From an uncultured Spirochaetales bacterium (GTDB taxonomy: Bacteria; Spirochaetota; Spirochaetia; CAYLLE01): a stretch of DNA of 64,000 bases. Position 1 is the first letter of the stretch. Every line of letters starts with the position of its first letter. The DNA lies in NCBI GenBank assembly GCA_964384485.1, contig CAYLLE010000005.1:4258-68257 (forward strand), in the 5' to 3' direction. The position numbers and the translations under genes were made by a program. Positions 1 through 10,138 of this stretch are shown here, piece after piece. A model generated the notes under the pieces. The model was not told the DNA's origin and searched no databases. It saw nothing but the letters and a program-made list of their open reading frames with translations.

Positions 1-234
1 ATATCATTCCGGTGTCCCGACCGGTTTCAGGGATACCTTGCCTTTGGCCTGACTTCATCTCTGTTGTATCAGGCTTTGATCAACATGGCGGTTGTTTCAG
101 GACTCATTCCGGCGACGGGGATTCCTCTGCCTTTTTTCTCATCAGGCGGATCCTCTCTTTTTATCACCTTAATCATGTGCGGACTGCTATTGAATGTCTC
201 CCGCCGCGCAGAAAAGGGGCATGAGCATGGCTGA
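1..234 (+). CDS. ftsW: FtsW/RodA (SEDS) cell division protein, 3' part only
   Basis: Frame 1 reads QALINMAVVSGLIPATGIPLPFFSSGGSSL, the SEDS C-terminal motif. Stop TGA at 232-234; directly upstream of ftsQ-ftsA-ftsZ. Not in the ORF track. Confidence 0.9.
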   Translation: MSFRCPDRFQGYLAFGLTSSLLYQALINMAVVSGLIPATGIPLPFFSSGGSSLFITLIMCGLLLNVSRRAEKGHEHG

Positions 235-1018
235 TCAGGCTGTTATGAGTTCGCCGAAGCCCGGGGGCGGGAAATTCTTGTCGGTGGTGATATATATCCT
301 GCTGATCATAATTGTGCTTGAACTGGTATTTCATCTCGCGATTGCTCCGAAACTGGTCATTCGGAACATCAGGGTGGAAACATCTCTTGATATTGCGAAA
401 GAAGACGTGCTCAGGATTGCCGGCGTGGCAGGAGATGATTATTTTTTCTCTGTAAAACCGGGCACTGTAAAGGAAAACCTTGAGCGGTATGCTCTGGTAA
501 AAAGAGCTGAGGTGGAACGTATTTTCCCGGATACATTGAACATTGTCCTGATCCCGCGCAAACCTGTAACTGCGGCTTTTGTTGAGACCGAAGGGTCGAA
601 TCAGCTTTTAGTTTTTGATGAGGATGGTGTTGCCTTTGAGCGGTGGAGCACGGGAGACGCGGGTACTTTACCCATTCTCTCAGGCATACAGTTCGAAAAC
701 TTCAACGTGGGAGACCGCCTTCCCCAGCCCCTTCTCGACACCATGCGGGAATTGAAAACTTTGCGGCTGGAAAAACCCGCCCTGTATCAGACACTGTCGG
801 AGATATCCTTTTCCCGGGGCAGGGGAAACGAACTGGATATAACGGTGTATCCCGTTCATAAGCCGGTAAAACTGCTCTTTGGTCCAAGGATGACCGCGGA
901 ATTACTCCATTCAGCTTTGCGGCTCATGTCGGTATTGGAGCGGAACGGGGTTATCGAACCGGGCAGCGAGATTGATTTTCGTTTTGGTGATGTGATATAC
1001 AGGAAGCAGGGGGAATGA
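227..1018 (+). CDS. ftsQ: Cell division protein FtsQ/DivIB
   Basis: Single N-terminal TM helix, then a POTRA-like segment. Sits between ftsW and ftsA. ATG 227 overlaps the ftsW stop and follows a G-rich RBS. Confidence 0.85.
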   Translation: MADQAVMSSPKPGGGKFLSVVIYILLIIIVLELVFHLAIAPKLVIRNIRVETSLDIAKEDVLRIAGVAGDDYFFSVKPGTVKENLERYALVKRAEVERIFPDTLNIVLIPRKPVTAAFVETEGSNQLLVFDEDGVAFERWSTGDAGTLPILSGIQFENFNVGDRLPQPLLDTMRELKTLRLEKPALYQTLSEISFSRGRGNELDITVYPVHKPVKLLFGPRMTAELLHSALRLMSVLERNGVIEPGSEIDFRFGDVIYRKQGE

Positions 1019-1019
1019 A

Positions 1020-2255
1020 GTGCCTTCAGATTCCATAATCGTCGGATTAGACATAGGGACCACAAAGACATGCGCTGCAATCGGAGAGTATAACGAACAT
1101 GGCAGATTAGAGATAATCGGAATCGGTACAAGCCCTTCGTCGGGTCTCCGGCGGGGGGTGGTTATCAATATTGAAGCGACCTTGAAGTCAGTTCTCGAAG
1201 CGGTGGAAAACGCGGAACAGATGGCCGGCCGGGAAGTTTCCGGAGTGATTACCGGCATCGCCGGGGGCCACATCGAAGGAATTAATTCCCGGGGGGTTGT
1301 CGCTGTAACCGGAAAGGGACGGGAGATTGTCCAGTCCGATGTGGACAGGGTAATCGAGGCGGCAAAAGCCATTGTGATTCCTATGGACCGGGAGGTGCTT
1401 CACGTTATTCCCCAGGAGTTTATCGTGGACGATCAGGGAGGGGTCAAGAATCCTCTTGATATGATCGGTGTCCGGCTTGAAGCCGAAGTTCATATTATAA
1501 CCGGATCGGTTACTTCGGCTCAGAATCTTGTTAAATGTGTAAACAGGGCCGGATTCAAAGTGGAAGATATCGTTCTGGAATCGCTGGCCTCGTCTAGAGC
1601 TGTTCTGACGGAGGATGAAAAGGAGCTGGGTGTTCTGTTGATAGACCTCGGAGGAGGAACTACCGATATCCTGGTCCATCTGGACGGAGCGCCCTATTAT
1701 ACAAGTGTTTTGCCTGTGGGAGGTGCTCAGGTTACCGGCGATCTCTCTATCATCCTGAAAACTCCGGTGGACGCCGCCGAACGGATGAAAAAAGATTCGG
1801 GTTGCTGTTATCTTCCGTTGGTGGAAGAAGATGATCCGGTTATTATCCCGAGTGTGGGCGGACGTCCGCCCCTTTCAATAGAGCGGAAAAATGTGTGCGG
1901 AATAATTCAGCCCCGGATGACTGAAATATTTCACATGGTAAAAGATAAAATCGAGAAGAAAGGATACATGCAGCATTTAGGCGGCGGTATTGTTATTACC
2001 GGAGGAGGTTCTCTGCTTATCGGAGCGGCTGAACTGGCTCAGGAAGTGTTCGGCACAGCCGTCCGGATTGGGCAGCCGGGAAATCTAGGCGGTGTGCTCG
2101 AAGAGTATCAGTCGCCGCAATTTTCAACCGCTGTCGGACTTGTTCAGTATGGAGGAAACGGTACTGCCGGACCTCGGGGAGAAGGAGCGGTGCGGGAAAA
2201 AACCGCCGGATTTTTCGGTTCCCTGAGATCGTGGCTGAAGAACTTTTTTGAGTAA
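1020..2255 (+). CDS. ftsA: Cell division protein FtsA
   Basis: GLDIGTTK, DLGGGTTD and ITGGGS actin-fold motifs; GTG start. Confidence 0.97.
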   Translation: MPSDSIIVGLDIGTTKTCAAIGEYNEHGRLEIIGIGTSPSSGLRRGVVINIEATLKSVLEAVENAEQMAGREVSGVITGIAGGHIEGINSRGVVAVTGKGREIVQSDVDRVIEAAKAIVIPMDREVLHVIPQEFIVDDQGGVKNPLDMIGVRLEAEVHIITGSVTSAQNLVKCVNRAGFKVEDIVLESLASSRAVLTEDEKELGVLLIDLGGGTTDILVHLDGAPYYTSVLPVGGAQVTGDLSIILKTPVDAAERMKKDSGCCYLPLVEEDDPVIIPSVGGRPPLSIERKNVCGIIQPRMTEIFHMVKDKIEKKGYMQHLGGGIVITGGGSLLIGAAELAQEVFGTAVRIGQPGNLGGVLEEYQSPQFSTAVGLVQYGGNGTAGPRGEGAVREKTAGFFGSLRSWLKNFFE

Positions 2256-2324
2256 AAAAATCCGGATGTAATGTCCGGTTAAAATATAAAACAACTCATT
2301 TTTATCGATGAAAGGGGAGGGGAT

Positions 2325-3491
2325 ATGAACATCGAAGTAATGGAGGAAAAAAGGGCAAGTGTTACGGTAATCAAGGTAATCGGGGTAGGCGGCGGCGGAT
2401 GCAATGCCGTCAACCGGATGATATCCACGGGATTGGAAAATCTCGAATTTATCGCCATGAATACCGATGTCCAGGCACTGCAGTCGTCAAACGCGACTGT
2501 AAAACTGCCTCTCGGAACGAAACTTACCAAAGGTCTCGGGGCCGGAGGTGTTCCTGAAGTTGGAGAAAAGGCGGCGCAGGAAGATAAGGAAGAGATAAAA
2601 AATGCCATCTCCGGCGCGGATATGGTATTTATTACGGCAGGTATGGGCGGCGGAACCGGCACCGGCGCGGCTCCTATTGTGGCCGAAGTTGCCCGTGAGT
2701 TAGGTATCCTGACGGTGGCGGTAGTAACCAAACCCTTTACAATAGAAGGAAGAACAAAGGTAACCCTTGCCGAACAGGGGATTAAAAAACTCCGTTCTGC
2801 TATGGATACTCTCATTACTATCCCCAACCAGAATCTGCTGAAAATAGTCGACCGGAAAACTACGATGAATCAGGCACTGCTTATCGCGGATGATGTACTC
2901 CGGCAGGGGGTACAGGGTATCTCCGATCTGATTACCAAGCCGGGAGTGATCAATATCGATTTTGCCGATGTCAAAACGATCATGGAAGGACAGGGTGACG
3001 CGATTATGGGTGTCGGTATCGGCCGGGGCGATAACCGGGCAGTGGATGCGGCCACGAATGCTATCAACAATCCTCTGCTTGAAGACGCGCGGATTGAAGG
3101 CGCGAAAAAACTTCTTGTCAATGTCGCGGGCGGAGACGACCTTTCCCTGAGCGAATATGAAGAAGTCCTTAATATCATTACAGCAAGCACGGATGAGGAA
3201 GTATTTACCATATCCGGTACAGCCTTGGATGATACAATCGAGGACGCCATTAAAGTTACCGTCATTGCCACCGGATTCGACGGCGCTGCCGAAGACAGCT
3301 CCCTGCAGCCGAAAAAAGAGACTAAACAGGGCGACACCTTTATCTCGCTGGATGACTGGATGAGCATGAACGGAAGACGGAAAAACAGGCCGGGTGAGCT
3401 TTTTCCCATGGAAGAAGCCGGAACGGATGAGCTGAGTATTCCCGCATACATCCGGTACAAAAAGGCTTCAGGAGAGAAGAACGGGGTGTAG
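2325..3491 (+). CDS. ftsZ: Cell division protein FtsZ
   Basis: [13 protein letters not shown], tubulin signature [18 protein letters not shown]-terminal LSIPAYIR peptide. Confidence 0.99.
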   Translation: MNIEVMEEKRASVTVIKVIGVGGGGCNAVNRMISTGLENLEFIAMNTDVQALQSSNATVKLPLGTKLTKGLGAGGVPEVGEKAAQEDKEEIKNAISGADMVFITAGMGGGTGTGAAPIVAEVARELGILTVAVVTKPFTIEGRTKVTLAEQGIKKLRSAMDTLITIPNQNLLKIVDRKTTMNQALLIADDVLRQGVQGISDLITKPGVINIDFADVKTIMEGQGDAIMGVGIGRGDNRAVDAATNAINNPLLEDARIEGAKKLLVNVAGGDDLSLSEYEEVLNIITASTDEEVFTISGTALDDTIEDAIKVTVIATGFDGAAEDSSLQPKKETKQGDTFISLDDWMSMNGRRKNRPGELFPMEEAGTDELSIPAYIRYKKASGEKNGV

Positions 3492-4397
3492 ATGATGCGG
3501 GAAACTGATAATCTCCTTTTCTCATTCCGGGATTACCTCTCCGCTGAACTGCGGCTTGCCATCCAGACGGTGGAAACCTACCACCGGGAGTGTACCATTT
3601 TTCTGGAGTATCTCCGGGGAAACGGTATTGATCCGGCCGCCGCGGAGCCTCAGGACATTGTACAGTTTCTCCTGTATAGACAGGGAGAAGCCGGGGAGAA
3701 CGGTATTGATCAGCGGACGGTGGCGAAAATCATATCAAGTCTCCGGTCGTTTTTTCAGTATATGATTCTTCAGGATATGCGGCAGGATAATCCCGCCATG
3801 GTGGTGGAAATGCCGAAAGCGGCGGCAAAGCTGCCGGGAGTTCTGACGGTGGAAGAGGTGGAACGCCTGTTCAGTCAGGTGGATACGGGCACTCCTCTGG
3901 GACTCCGTGACCGGGCTTTATTTGAGGTTATCTATTCGTGCGGTCTCCGCATCTCGGAAGCGGTGGACCTTACGCCGTCAAAGCTGTACCTTGAAGAAGG
4001 GCTTATCCGGGTGCGCGGGAAAGGCGGCAAGGAGCGGCTCGTTCCGATGGGACCCCAGGCGGTGGACCATCTCCGAAGGTACCTGAAAGACGGCCGACCC
4101 GGCCTTCTCCGGAAGGGAAAAAAAACGGAAAGCCTGTTTGTGAATCACCTGGGAACAAGTCTTTCCCGGAAGGGCATGTGGAAGCGGTTTCGGGAAATGA
4201 CGGAAAAGGCGGGACTGGACGCGAAGGTTCATACTTTGCGGCACAGTTTTGCTACCCATCTTTTGGAAGGCGGTGCTGATCTGCGGTCGGTACAGGAACT
4301 CCTCGGACATTCCGATATCAGTACTACTCAGATCTACACCCACTTGGAAAAAGACGATCTCAGGACATATCATAAAGATTACCATCCAAGGGGATAA
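3492..4397 (+). CDS. xerD: Tyrosine recombinase XerD
   Basis: Catalytic R-H-R-H-Y set: GLRISE, HTLRHSFATHLLEGGADLRSVQELLGH, TTQIYTH. Confidence 0.88.
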   Translation: MMRETDNLLFSFRDYLSAELRLAIQTVETYHRECTIFLEYLRGNGIDPAAAEPQDIVQFLLYRQGEAGENGIDQRTVAKIISSLRSFFQYMILQDMRQDNPAMVVEMPKAAAKLPGVLTVEEVERLFSQVDTGTPLGLRDRALFEVIYSCGLRISEAVDLTPSKLYLEEGLIRVRGKGGKERLVPMGPQAVDHLRRYLKDGRPGLLRKGKKTESLFVNHLGTSLSRKGMWKRFREMTEKAGLDAKVHTLRHSFATHLLEGGADLRSVQELLGHSDISTTQIYTHLEKDDLRTYHKDYHPRG

Positions 4398-4399
4398 AA

Positions 4400-5182
4400 A
4401 TGCAGATTGAAGAAAAAGTCAAAACAGCGGAAAAAAAAGTTGCCGACGTAATTTCCCGTTCAGGTCACCATTTGGGCGGTTATAAAGGATATACCCGGCC
4501 CGGAAGGGACGAGGCTTTGAACCGGTATATTGATCACACCCTGCTGAAACCGGAAGCCCGGGCCGAAGATTTTGAAAAAACGTACCGGGAAGCGGCAGAA
4601 TGGCATACCTACTCGGTATGTGTACCGCCGAACAGGACAGTTGAGGCCCTGAAAGCACTGTCCGGAACAGATGTGAAGGTTTGTACCGTGATCGGGTTTC
4701 CCTTGGGATATCAGCTTCCGGAAGTGAAGGCCCGGGAAGCGGCGGTACTGGCGGAAAAAGGGTGTCACGAATTTGATATGGTGTTACCGGTGGGACTGCT
4801 CAAAGACCGGAACATCCCCGGTGTATTCCGGGATATTCAGGCAGTGGCGGAGGCAGTGCCCGGCCGGATTTTAAAAGTAATCCTTGAGACCGGGCTTCTA
4901 TCGGAAGAAGAAAAGATTATCGGCGGAATTACCGCTCTATACGCAGGTGCCGCAATCTTGAAGACATCAACCGGATTCGCCGGATCTGGAGCCACTGAAG
5001 AAGATATCCGGCTTTTAAGAGTTATCGCGGGAGGCAGGGCCGGAGTTAAAGCTGCCGGGGGAATAAAAGATGCCGATTTTGCAAAGGCCCTGATCAAAGC
5101 GGGAGCGGACCGGATAGGGGCCTCATCTACCGGTGTAATTTTGGGAAAGGATGAGCCGAAGGGGAATGTTTCGGCGTACTGA
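4400..5182 (+). CDS. deoC: Deoxyribose-phosphate aldolase
   Basis: IDHTLLKP, CTVIGFPLG, EFDMV, LKVILETG, LKTSTGF (Schiff-base Lys), VKAAGGI, RIGASS. Confidence 0.96.
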   Translation: MQIEEKVKTAEKKVADVISRSGHHLGGYKGYTRPGRDEALNRYIDHTLLKPEARAEDFEKTYREAAEWHTYSVCVPPNRTVEALKALSGTDVKVCTVIGFPLGYQLPEVKAREAAVLAEKGCHEFDMVLPVGLLKDRNIPGVFRDIQAVAEAVPGRILKVILETGLLSEEEKIIGGITALYAGAAILKTSTGFAGSGATEEDIRLLRVIAGGRAGVKAAGGIKDADFAKALIKAGADRIGASSTGVILGKDEPKGNVSAY

Positions 5183-5290
5183 TTACAGTGTCCCGGTATA
5201 GACGGCATTTTTTATGGCAAATTCAATATTATTTTTAGAACATTAAATCAGAATCCTGATTTTTCCGGTTATTAAAAATAGGAGGCTGTT

Positions 5291-6025
5291 TTGGATTTTA
5301 TAAAAAAAACTTTCCCGGGAATCCTTCTTCTGACAGCAGTTTTATTTTTAACAGCCGGATGCCGGGATGAAACCGATACCCTGGAGGAGAATCTGTTGGC
5401 CCTTGATCCCGATACGGCTTCAACAGGTGAAGTTTCCGACGAACGGCTGAATGAGATTAAAGAGTCCATAAGCAAGTATAAGAACATCGTTGAACGGAAA
5501 GTCGAAGCAGCGGGCCAGCTGGCATCATATTATAAAATGCTGGGAATTGCTTATCTTGATATGCGTATGTTTTCCCTCTCGTTTGACGCATTCGAGGATG
5601 CCATCCGGATACAGACGGAAAATCCGATTCTTTTTTATTACGCCGGGGTCACCAAAGCCAGAGCCGCTAAAGCGGAACTGGAAGAACCGCTCCGGGAAGA
5701 GATGCTTCGGGAGGCGGAAGAATATTACCGCCGGAGTCTTGAGCTTGATCCTGCATACCGTGAGGCGGCTTACGCGTTGGCGGTACTCTATGTCTTTGAA
5801 CTTGACGAGCCTTCCAGGGCTATTCCGATTCTGAATGAACTTTTAGCGCTGCAGGTAACGGCTGAAACTTTATTTGTCTTAGGCCGGGCTCATGCGGATT
5901 CCGGAAATATCGACCGGGCAATCGAAGTTTATGAACGTATCATAGAAATCTCCAATAACGCTGAACAGAGAAGAAGGGCAAGTGAAAATATCTCCGCCCT
6001 GATCGGGGGGGACGGGGGTGGATGA
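5291..6025 (+). CDS. TPR-repeat lipoprotein
   Basis: TTG start after GGAGG. Signal peptide with lipobox LTAG-C, then several TPR-like helical repeats. Confidence 0.8.
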   Translation: MDFIKKTFPGILLLTAVLFLTAGCRDETDTLEENLLALDPDTASTGEVSDERLNEIKESISKYKNIVERKVEAAGQLASYYKMLGIAYLDMRMFSLSFDAFEDAIRIQTENPILFYYAGVTKARAAKAELEEPLREEMLREAEEYYRRSLELDPAYREAAYALAVLYVFELDEPSRAIPILNELLALQVTAETLFVLGRAHADSGNIDRAIEVYERIIEISNNAEQRRRASENISALIGGDGGG

Positions 6026-7007
6026 TCTTCGGCGGCTCCTGGCTATTCACCGAATTCCCCGGCTTAAAGGATCTGAAAAACTGATCCTTGCCGACCTTAT
6101 TGACACCTCCGAAAAATTATTGAAGATAACCGCGGGAGAAATTCGGAAGATGACCGGAAAAATGATTCCGGAAAAATTGTGGAATCCCCGCCGATTTCTT
6201 GAGCAGGCCGACCGGGACCGAAATTACTTGACAATTAAGGGAATTACTTACACCTTCTATTGGGATTCCGGTTATCCTCCCCAATTGCGGGAAATTTACG
6301 ATCCGCCTTTCGGTCTTTTTACCGCGGGGAGTATGCCTGTTACCGATCTGCCTGCTCTCGGTATTGTAGGTACTAGAAAACCCGGACCGGCGGGAATTCA
6401 GGCCGCGTACGCACTTGGGAAAGACGCTGTACGGGCGGGAATTCCGGTGATTTCCGGGTTGGCTCTGGGTATTGACGGTGCCGCACACCGGGGAGTACTC
6501 GACGGCGGAGGAAAAACCGCGGCGGTTCTCGGATGCGGTATTGACCGCTTTTATCCGAAGTCTCACGCGTGGCTTGCCTCCCGGATGATTAATTCCGGCG
6601 GCTGTGTGATGAGTGAATATCCGCCTGGTGAACCGCCTCTTAAGTATCACTTTCCTGAACGGAACCGGATTATTGCCGGTCTTTGCAGGGGAGTAGCCGT
6701 TATCGAAGCACCGGAAAAATCCGGGGCTTTAATAACAGCTGATTATGCCCTTGAGGAAGGGCGTGATCTTTTTGTACACTCAGCAGGTCTTAAGGGCATG
6801 AACCGGTTCGGGTGTGAAAGTCTGTTCCGGCAGGGTGCTCCGGTCATAAGCGCGTTTTCCGATATCGCCCGGCTGTGGGGGCTTGAAATCAAAGAGCCCT
6901 TAGAGGTGCGGAGAGGGTGGAGCGGCGGAAGCAGTGCTGCCAGTACCGCTGATGCGGGAAAGCAGGCCGCGGATGATCTGAAAAATGAATTATTTTGTCC
7001 GAAATAA
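6018..7007 (+). CDS. dprA: DNA-processing protein DprA/Smf
   Basis: IVGTRK, ISGLALGIDGAAHRG, VLGCGID, FPERNRIIAGL, SGALITADYALEEGR. Confidence 0.95.
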   Translation: MDDLRRLLAIHRIPRLKGSEKLILADLIDTSEKLLKITAGEIRKMTGKMIPEKLWNPRRFLEQADRDRNYLTIKGITYTFYWDSGYPPQLREIYDPPFGLFTAGSMPVTDLPALGIVGTRKPGPAGIQAAYALGKDAVRAGIPVISGLALGIDGAAHRGVLDGGGKTAAVLGCGIDRFYPKSHAWLASRMINSGGCVMSEYPPGEPPLKYHFPERNRIIAGLCRGVAVIEAPEKSGALITADYALEEGRDLFVHSAGLKGMNRFGCESLFRQGAPVISAFSDIARLWGLEIKEPLEVRRGWSGGSSAASTADAGKQAADDLKNELFCPK

Positions 7008-7039
7008 AAAACAGGAGTTTGTATTCAGGAGATTAGTTA

Positions 7040-9175
7040 ATGGCTGCAAAAGCGAAAAAGAGCAATGAAAAAGATAAGACGCTGGTTATTGTGGAATCGC
7101 CGGCAAAAGCGAAAACTATTGAGAAATATCTCGGCTCGGGATACACCGTTGCCGCGTCTATGGGGCATCTGATTGACCTGCCTAAGTCCAGGGTGGCTAT
7201 TGATGTGGAGAATGATTTCGAACCGGAATATATAACCGTACGGGGAAAGGCTAAGATCCTCAAAGAACTGCAGAAAAAAGCTTCGAAATCCCGGAAAGTC
7301 TATCTCGCGTCTGATAACGACCGGGAAGGGGAAGCCATCTCTTATCATCTAAAAAACAGTATCAGTAAGAAAAACCCGGATCTTAAAATCGAACGTATAG
7401 TATTTAACGAAATTACTCCGAACGCGATACGGGAAGCGATTGCCAGGCCGGGAGACATTGATGCCGATAAGGTCCAGGCTCAAAAAGCGAGAAGGGTTTT
7501 GGACCGGCTAGTGGGATACAACCTGTCCCCGATCCTGTGGGAAAAGGTGAAAAACGGCCTATCCGCGGGACGGGTTCAGTCGGTGGCTCTTCGTTTGATC
7601 TGTGAGCGGGAAGCGGAAGTCGAAAGTTTTATTCCGGAAGAGTACTGGACCGTGGAAGCAGAACTTAAAAAAGGGAAATCAGCTTTCGCGGCCGCTTTGA
7701 TAAAATACAAGAACGAAAAGATTGATATCAAAAATGAAGAACAGGCAAAGAAGGTAGTTTCCGATCTTGAGGGAAAAGAGGTTATAGTAACAAAGCTCAA
7801 GGAGACAGAGAAATCCCTGAAGCCGAAGCCTCCTTTTAATACATCCCAGCTCCAGCAGGCTGCTGCGAATAGGCTGGGATTTACGTCCCGGAAAACCATG
7901 CAGATCGCCCAGCAGCTTTATGAAGGGATCACCATCGGGAAAAATCCGGTAGGTCTTATCACCTACATGCGGACCGACTCGACAAGGATCTCTGAGACGG
8001 CTTTGAATGATGTGCGGGAATACATCAAAGAGAAGTTTCCGAAGGATCTGCCGGAACAGCCGCTGCGGTACAGTCCGAGCCAGGGGGCGCAGGATGCCCA
8101 TGAAGCGATCCGGCCTACTTATGTGACGTATGCTCCCTCCGATATCAAGGAGTATCTTACCAAGGACCAGCACAAGCTTTACTCCATCATCTGGGAACGG
8201 TTTGTGGCCTGCCAGATGAAAAACGCCCGGACAAAAACCATTTCGGTGGATCTGAAAGTCGGAGAAGATGAGACCGGAACCCTCCGGGCTTCCCACACCG
8301 TCACGGTCTTCCCCGGGTTCCATCGTGTTTTAAAAATGCTCGCGTCTAAGGACAAGTCCAAAAAGATCCCCTCCATGAAAGAGGGCGATGTCTTTACCGA
8401 GGCTGTATACAGTCCGGAGCAGCATTTTACCTCCGGACCTCCCCGGTTTACCGATGCCAGTATCGTAAAAACTTTGGAAGAAAAGGGTATCGGCCGGCCG
8501 TCGACCTACGCGCCGATTATTTCGGTGTTATTGGACCGGTATTACGTGGTGCGCCGGAGCCGTCAGCTCATTCCGACGACTTTGGGAAGAATCATCAATG
8601 ATATCCTTACGAAATCGTTTCCCGATGTGGTGGATGTAAATTTTACGGCGGAAATGGAAAAAAAGCTCGATGCCGTGGAAGATAACAAGGAAGATTGGGT
8701 TTCTATTGTCAAGAATTTCTACCAGCCCTTTAAAGATCAGGTTGAACATGTTTCCGAGACTATGGAGTCGATTAAAGGAGTGATGGATGAAGAAACCGAA
8801 TATAAATGTGAAAAATGCGGCAGGCCGATGATCAAAAAACTCGGCCGCTACGGATTTTTCATCGCGTGTTCCGGATTTCCGGAATGTATGAATACCAAAC
8901 CCGTACCTCTCGCGGACTGTCCGATTCCGGAATGCGACGGAAAAATTGTGGCCAGGAAAAAACAGGGCGGCAGGGGAAAGGAGTTCTACGGGTGCACCAA
9001 CTATCCGGAATGCGATTTTATTACCCATTTTAAGCCGACATCCACGAACTGCCCCCATTGCGGACGTTTTCTGGTGCAGAAAAGCGATAAAAAGCGGGGG
9101 GATTACAAGTCATGCATCAACCCGGACTGTGATTATCTCCATACCCACGGCGGCGGGGAGGAAAATGAAGGATAG
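7040..9175 (+). CDS. topA: DNA topoisomerase I
   Basis: Toprim LVIVESPAKAKTI, SDNDREGEAI, SAGRVQS, active-site ITYMRTDS, GIGRPSTYA, C-terminal C4 zinc ribbons. Confidence 0.98.
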   Translation: MAAKAKKSNEKDKTLVIVESPAKAKTIEKYLGSGYTVAASMGHLIDLPKSRVAIDVENDFEPEYITVRGKAKILKELQKKASKSRKVYLASDNDREGEAISYHLKNSISKKNPDLKIERIVFNEITPNAIREAIARPGDIDADKVQAQKARRVLDRLVGYNLSPILWEKVKNGLSAGRVQSVALRLICEREAEVESFIPEEYWTVEAELKKGKSAFAAALIKYKNEKIDIKNEEQAKKVVSDLEGKEVIVTKLKETEKSLKPKPPFNTSQLQQAAANRLGFTSRKTMQIAQQLYEGITIGKNPVGLITYMRTDSTRISETALNDVREYIKEKFPKDLPEQPLRYSPSQGAQDAHEAIRPTYVTYAPSDIKEYLTKDQHKLYSIIWERFVACQMKNARTKTISVDLKVGEDETGTLRASHTVTVFPGFHRVLKMLASKDKSKKIPSMKEGDVFTEAVYSPEQHFTSGPPRFTDASIVKTLEEKGIGRPSTYAPIISVLLDRYYVVRRSRQLIPTTLGRIINDILTKSFPDVVDVNFTAEMEKKLDAVEDNKEDWVSIVKNFYQPFKDQVEHVSETMESIKGVMDEETEYKCEKCGRPMIKKLGRYGFFIACSGFPECMNTKPVPLADCPIPECDGKIVARKKQGGRGKEFYGCTNYPECDFITHFKPTSTNCPHCGRFLVQKSDKKRGDYKSCINPDCDYLHTHGGGEENEG

Positions 9176-10079
9176 AATCGGTGAATACATCGCCTACCTC
9201 AGGGGAATCCGGAATCTCTCCGATGCCTCGGTACGGGCATACGGTAACGATCTAAGATCCTTCGCGGACTTTCTGTCCGGATGTCCCCCCGAAGAGGCTC
9301 TTCCGGGGGACATCCGCTCGTATATCGCCCATCTATCCCGGGAGCGGCTCGCAGCGGCAACAGTAAACCGTATCCTGTCGGCGATGAAGGGGTTTTACCT
9401 CTATCTCGTTGTGCATGGTCATATCGAAGCGTCCCCGCTGAACGGAATAAGAAGTCTAAAAAAATCGGCCCGTCTGCCGGATTTTCTTTTTGAAGATGAA
9501 GTCGCCGAAATACTTGATATCCCGGGGGACGATTTTACCTCCCTCAGAGACAAGGCCATCCTTGAGCTTCTCTACTCAACGGGCTGCCGGGTCTCTGAGC
9601 TTGTCCGGATTCAGGCGGATCAGGTCAGGAAAAACCGGCCGGTCCTGGTGCAGGGAAAGGGAAGCAAGGACCGGCTGGTTTTTATCGGGAAATCCGCCTT
9701 CACTGCCCTCTCCTCCTACCTTCCTCTCCGGGAAGAGCGGCTCAAACGGAGCGGGAAACCGGAAGAGAAATCGCTGTTTATAAACAGCCGGGGCGGTCCG
9801 TTGACCGCCCGGGGAGTTGCCCATATCTTGGAGAAAAGGCTTGGCGGAACGGCGGCTGGAAAAAAGGTGAGTCCCCATACCTTCCGGCACAGTTTCGCCA
9901 CACATATCCTTGACCGGGGAGCGGATATCAGGGTGGTTCAGGAGCTCTTAGGCCATGCCAGTCTTTCTACTACCCAGGTGTACACCCACTTGGGTATCGG
10001 AAAGCTCAAGGAAGTATACGCCCAGGCCCATCCCCACGGAGGGATCAGAAGATTGGAAGCAAAACAGGGAGAACGGTAG
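9165..10079 (+). CDS. xerC: Tyrosine recombinase XerC
   Basis: ATG 9165 (MKDRIG) overlaps the topA end. GCRVSE, HTFRHSFATH, LLGHASLSTTQVYTH. Confidence 0.85.
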   Translation: MKDRIGEYIAYLRGIRNLSDASVRAYGNDLRSFADFLSGCPPEEALPGDIRSYIAHLSRERLAAATVNRILSAMKGFYLYLVVHGHIEASPLNGIRSLKKSARLPDFLFEDEVAEILDIPGDDFTSLRDKAILELLYSTGCRVSELVRIQADQVRKNRPVLVQGKGSKDRLVFIGKSAFTALSSYLPLREERLKRSGKPEEKSLFINSRGGPLTARGVAHILEKRLGGTAAGKKVSPHTFRHSFATHILDRGADIRVVQELLGHASLSTTQVYTHLGIGKLKEVYAQAHPHGGIRRLEAKQGER

Positions 10080-10138
10080 AGGAGCGGAACATGTTCTCCG
10101 TTTTCTAAAATTATATGTACAAAAATGTGAGGTATTAA

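Noticed and set aside
12-224. 70-aa ORF in the track
   Set aside because: It is an alternative frame of the ftsW 3' end; the SEDS motif is in frame 1.
8946-9164. N-terminal extension of the xerC ORF
   Set aside because: It lies within the topA zinc-ribbon coding region; ATG 9165 gives a normal-length recombinase.
10087-10096. Palindrome GAACATGTTC before hslV as a LexA box
   Set aside because: The spacer is 2 nt rather than the 4 nt of GAAC-N4-GTTC, and it is a single short match.
3492-10138. Two tyrosine recombinases as a prophage/integron, or a nearby dif site
   Set aside because: Both sit in conserved housekeeping context with no att sites, cassettes or phage genes, and I found no dif-like 28-mer by eye.
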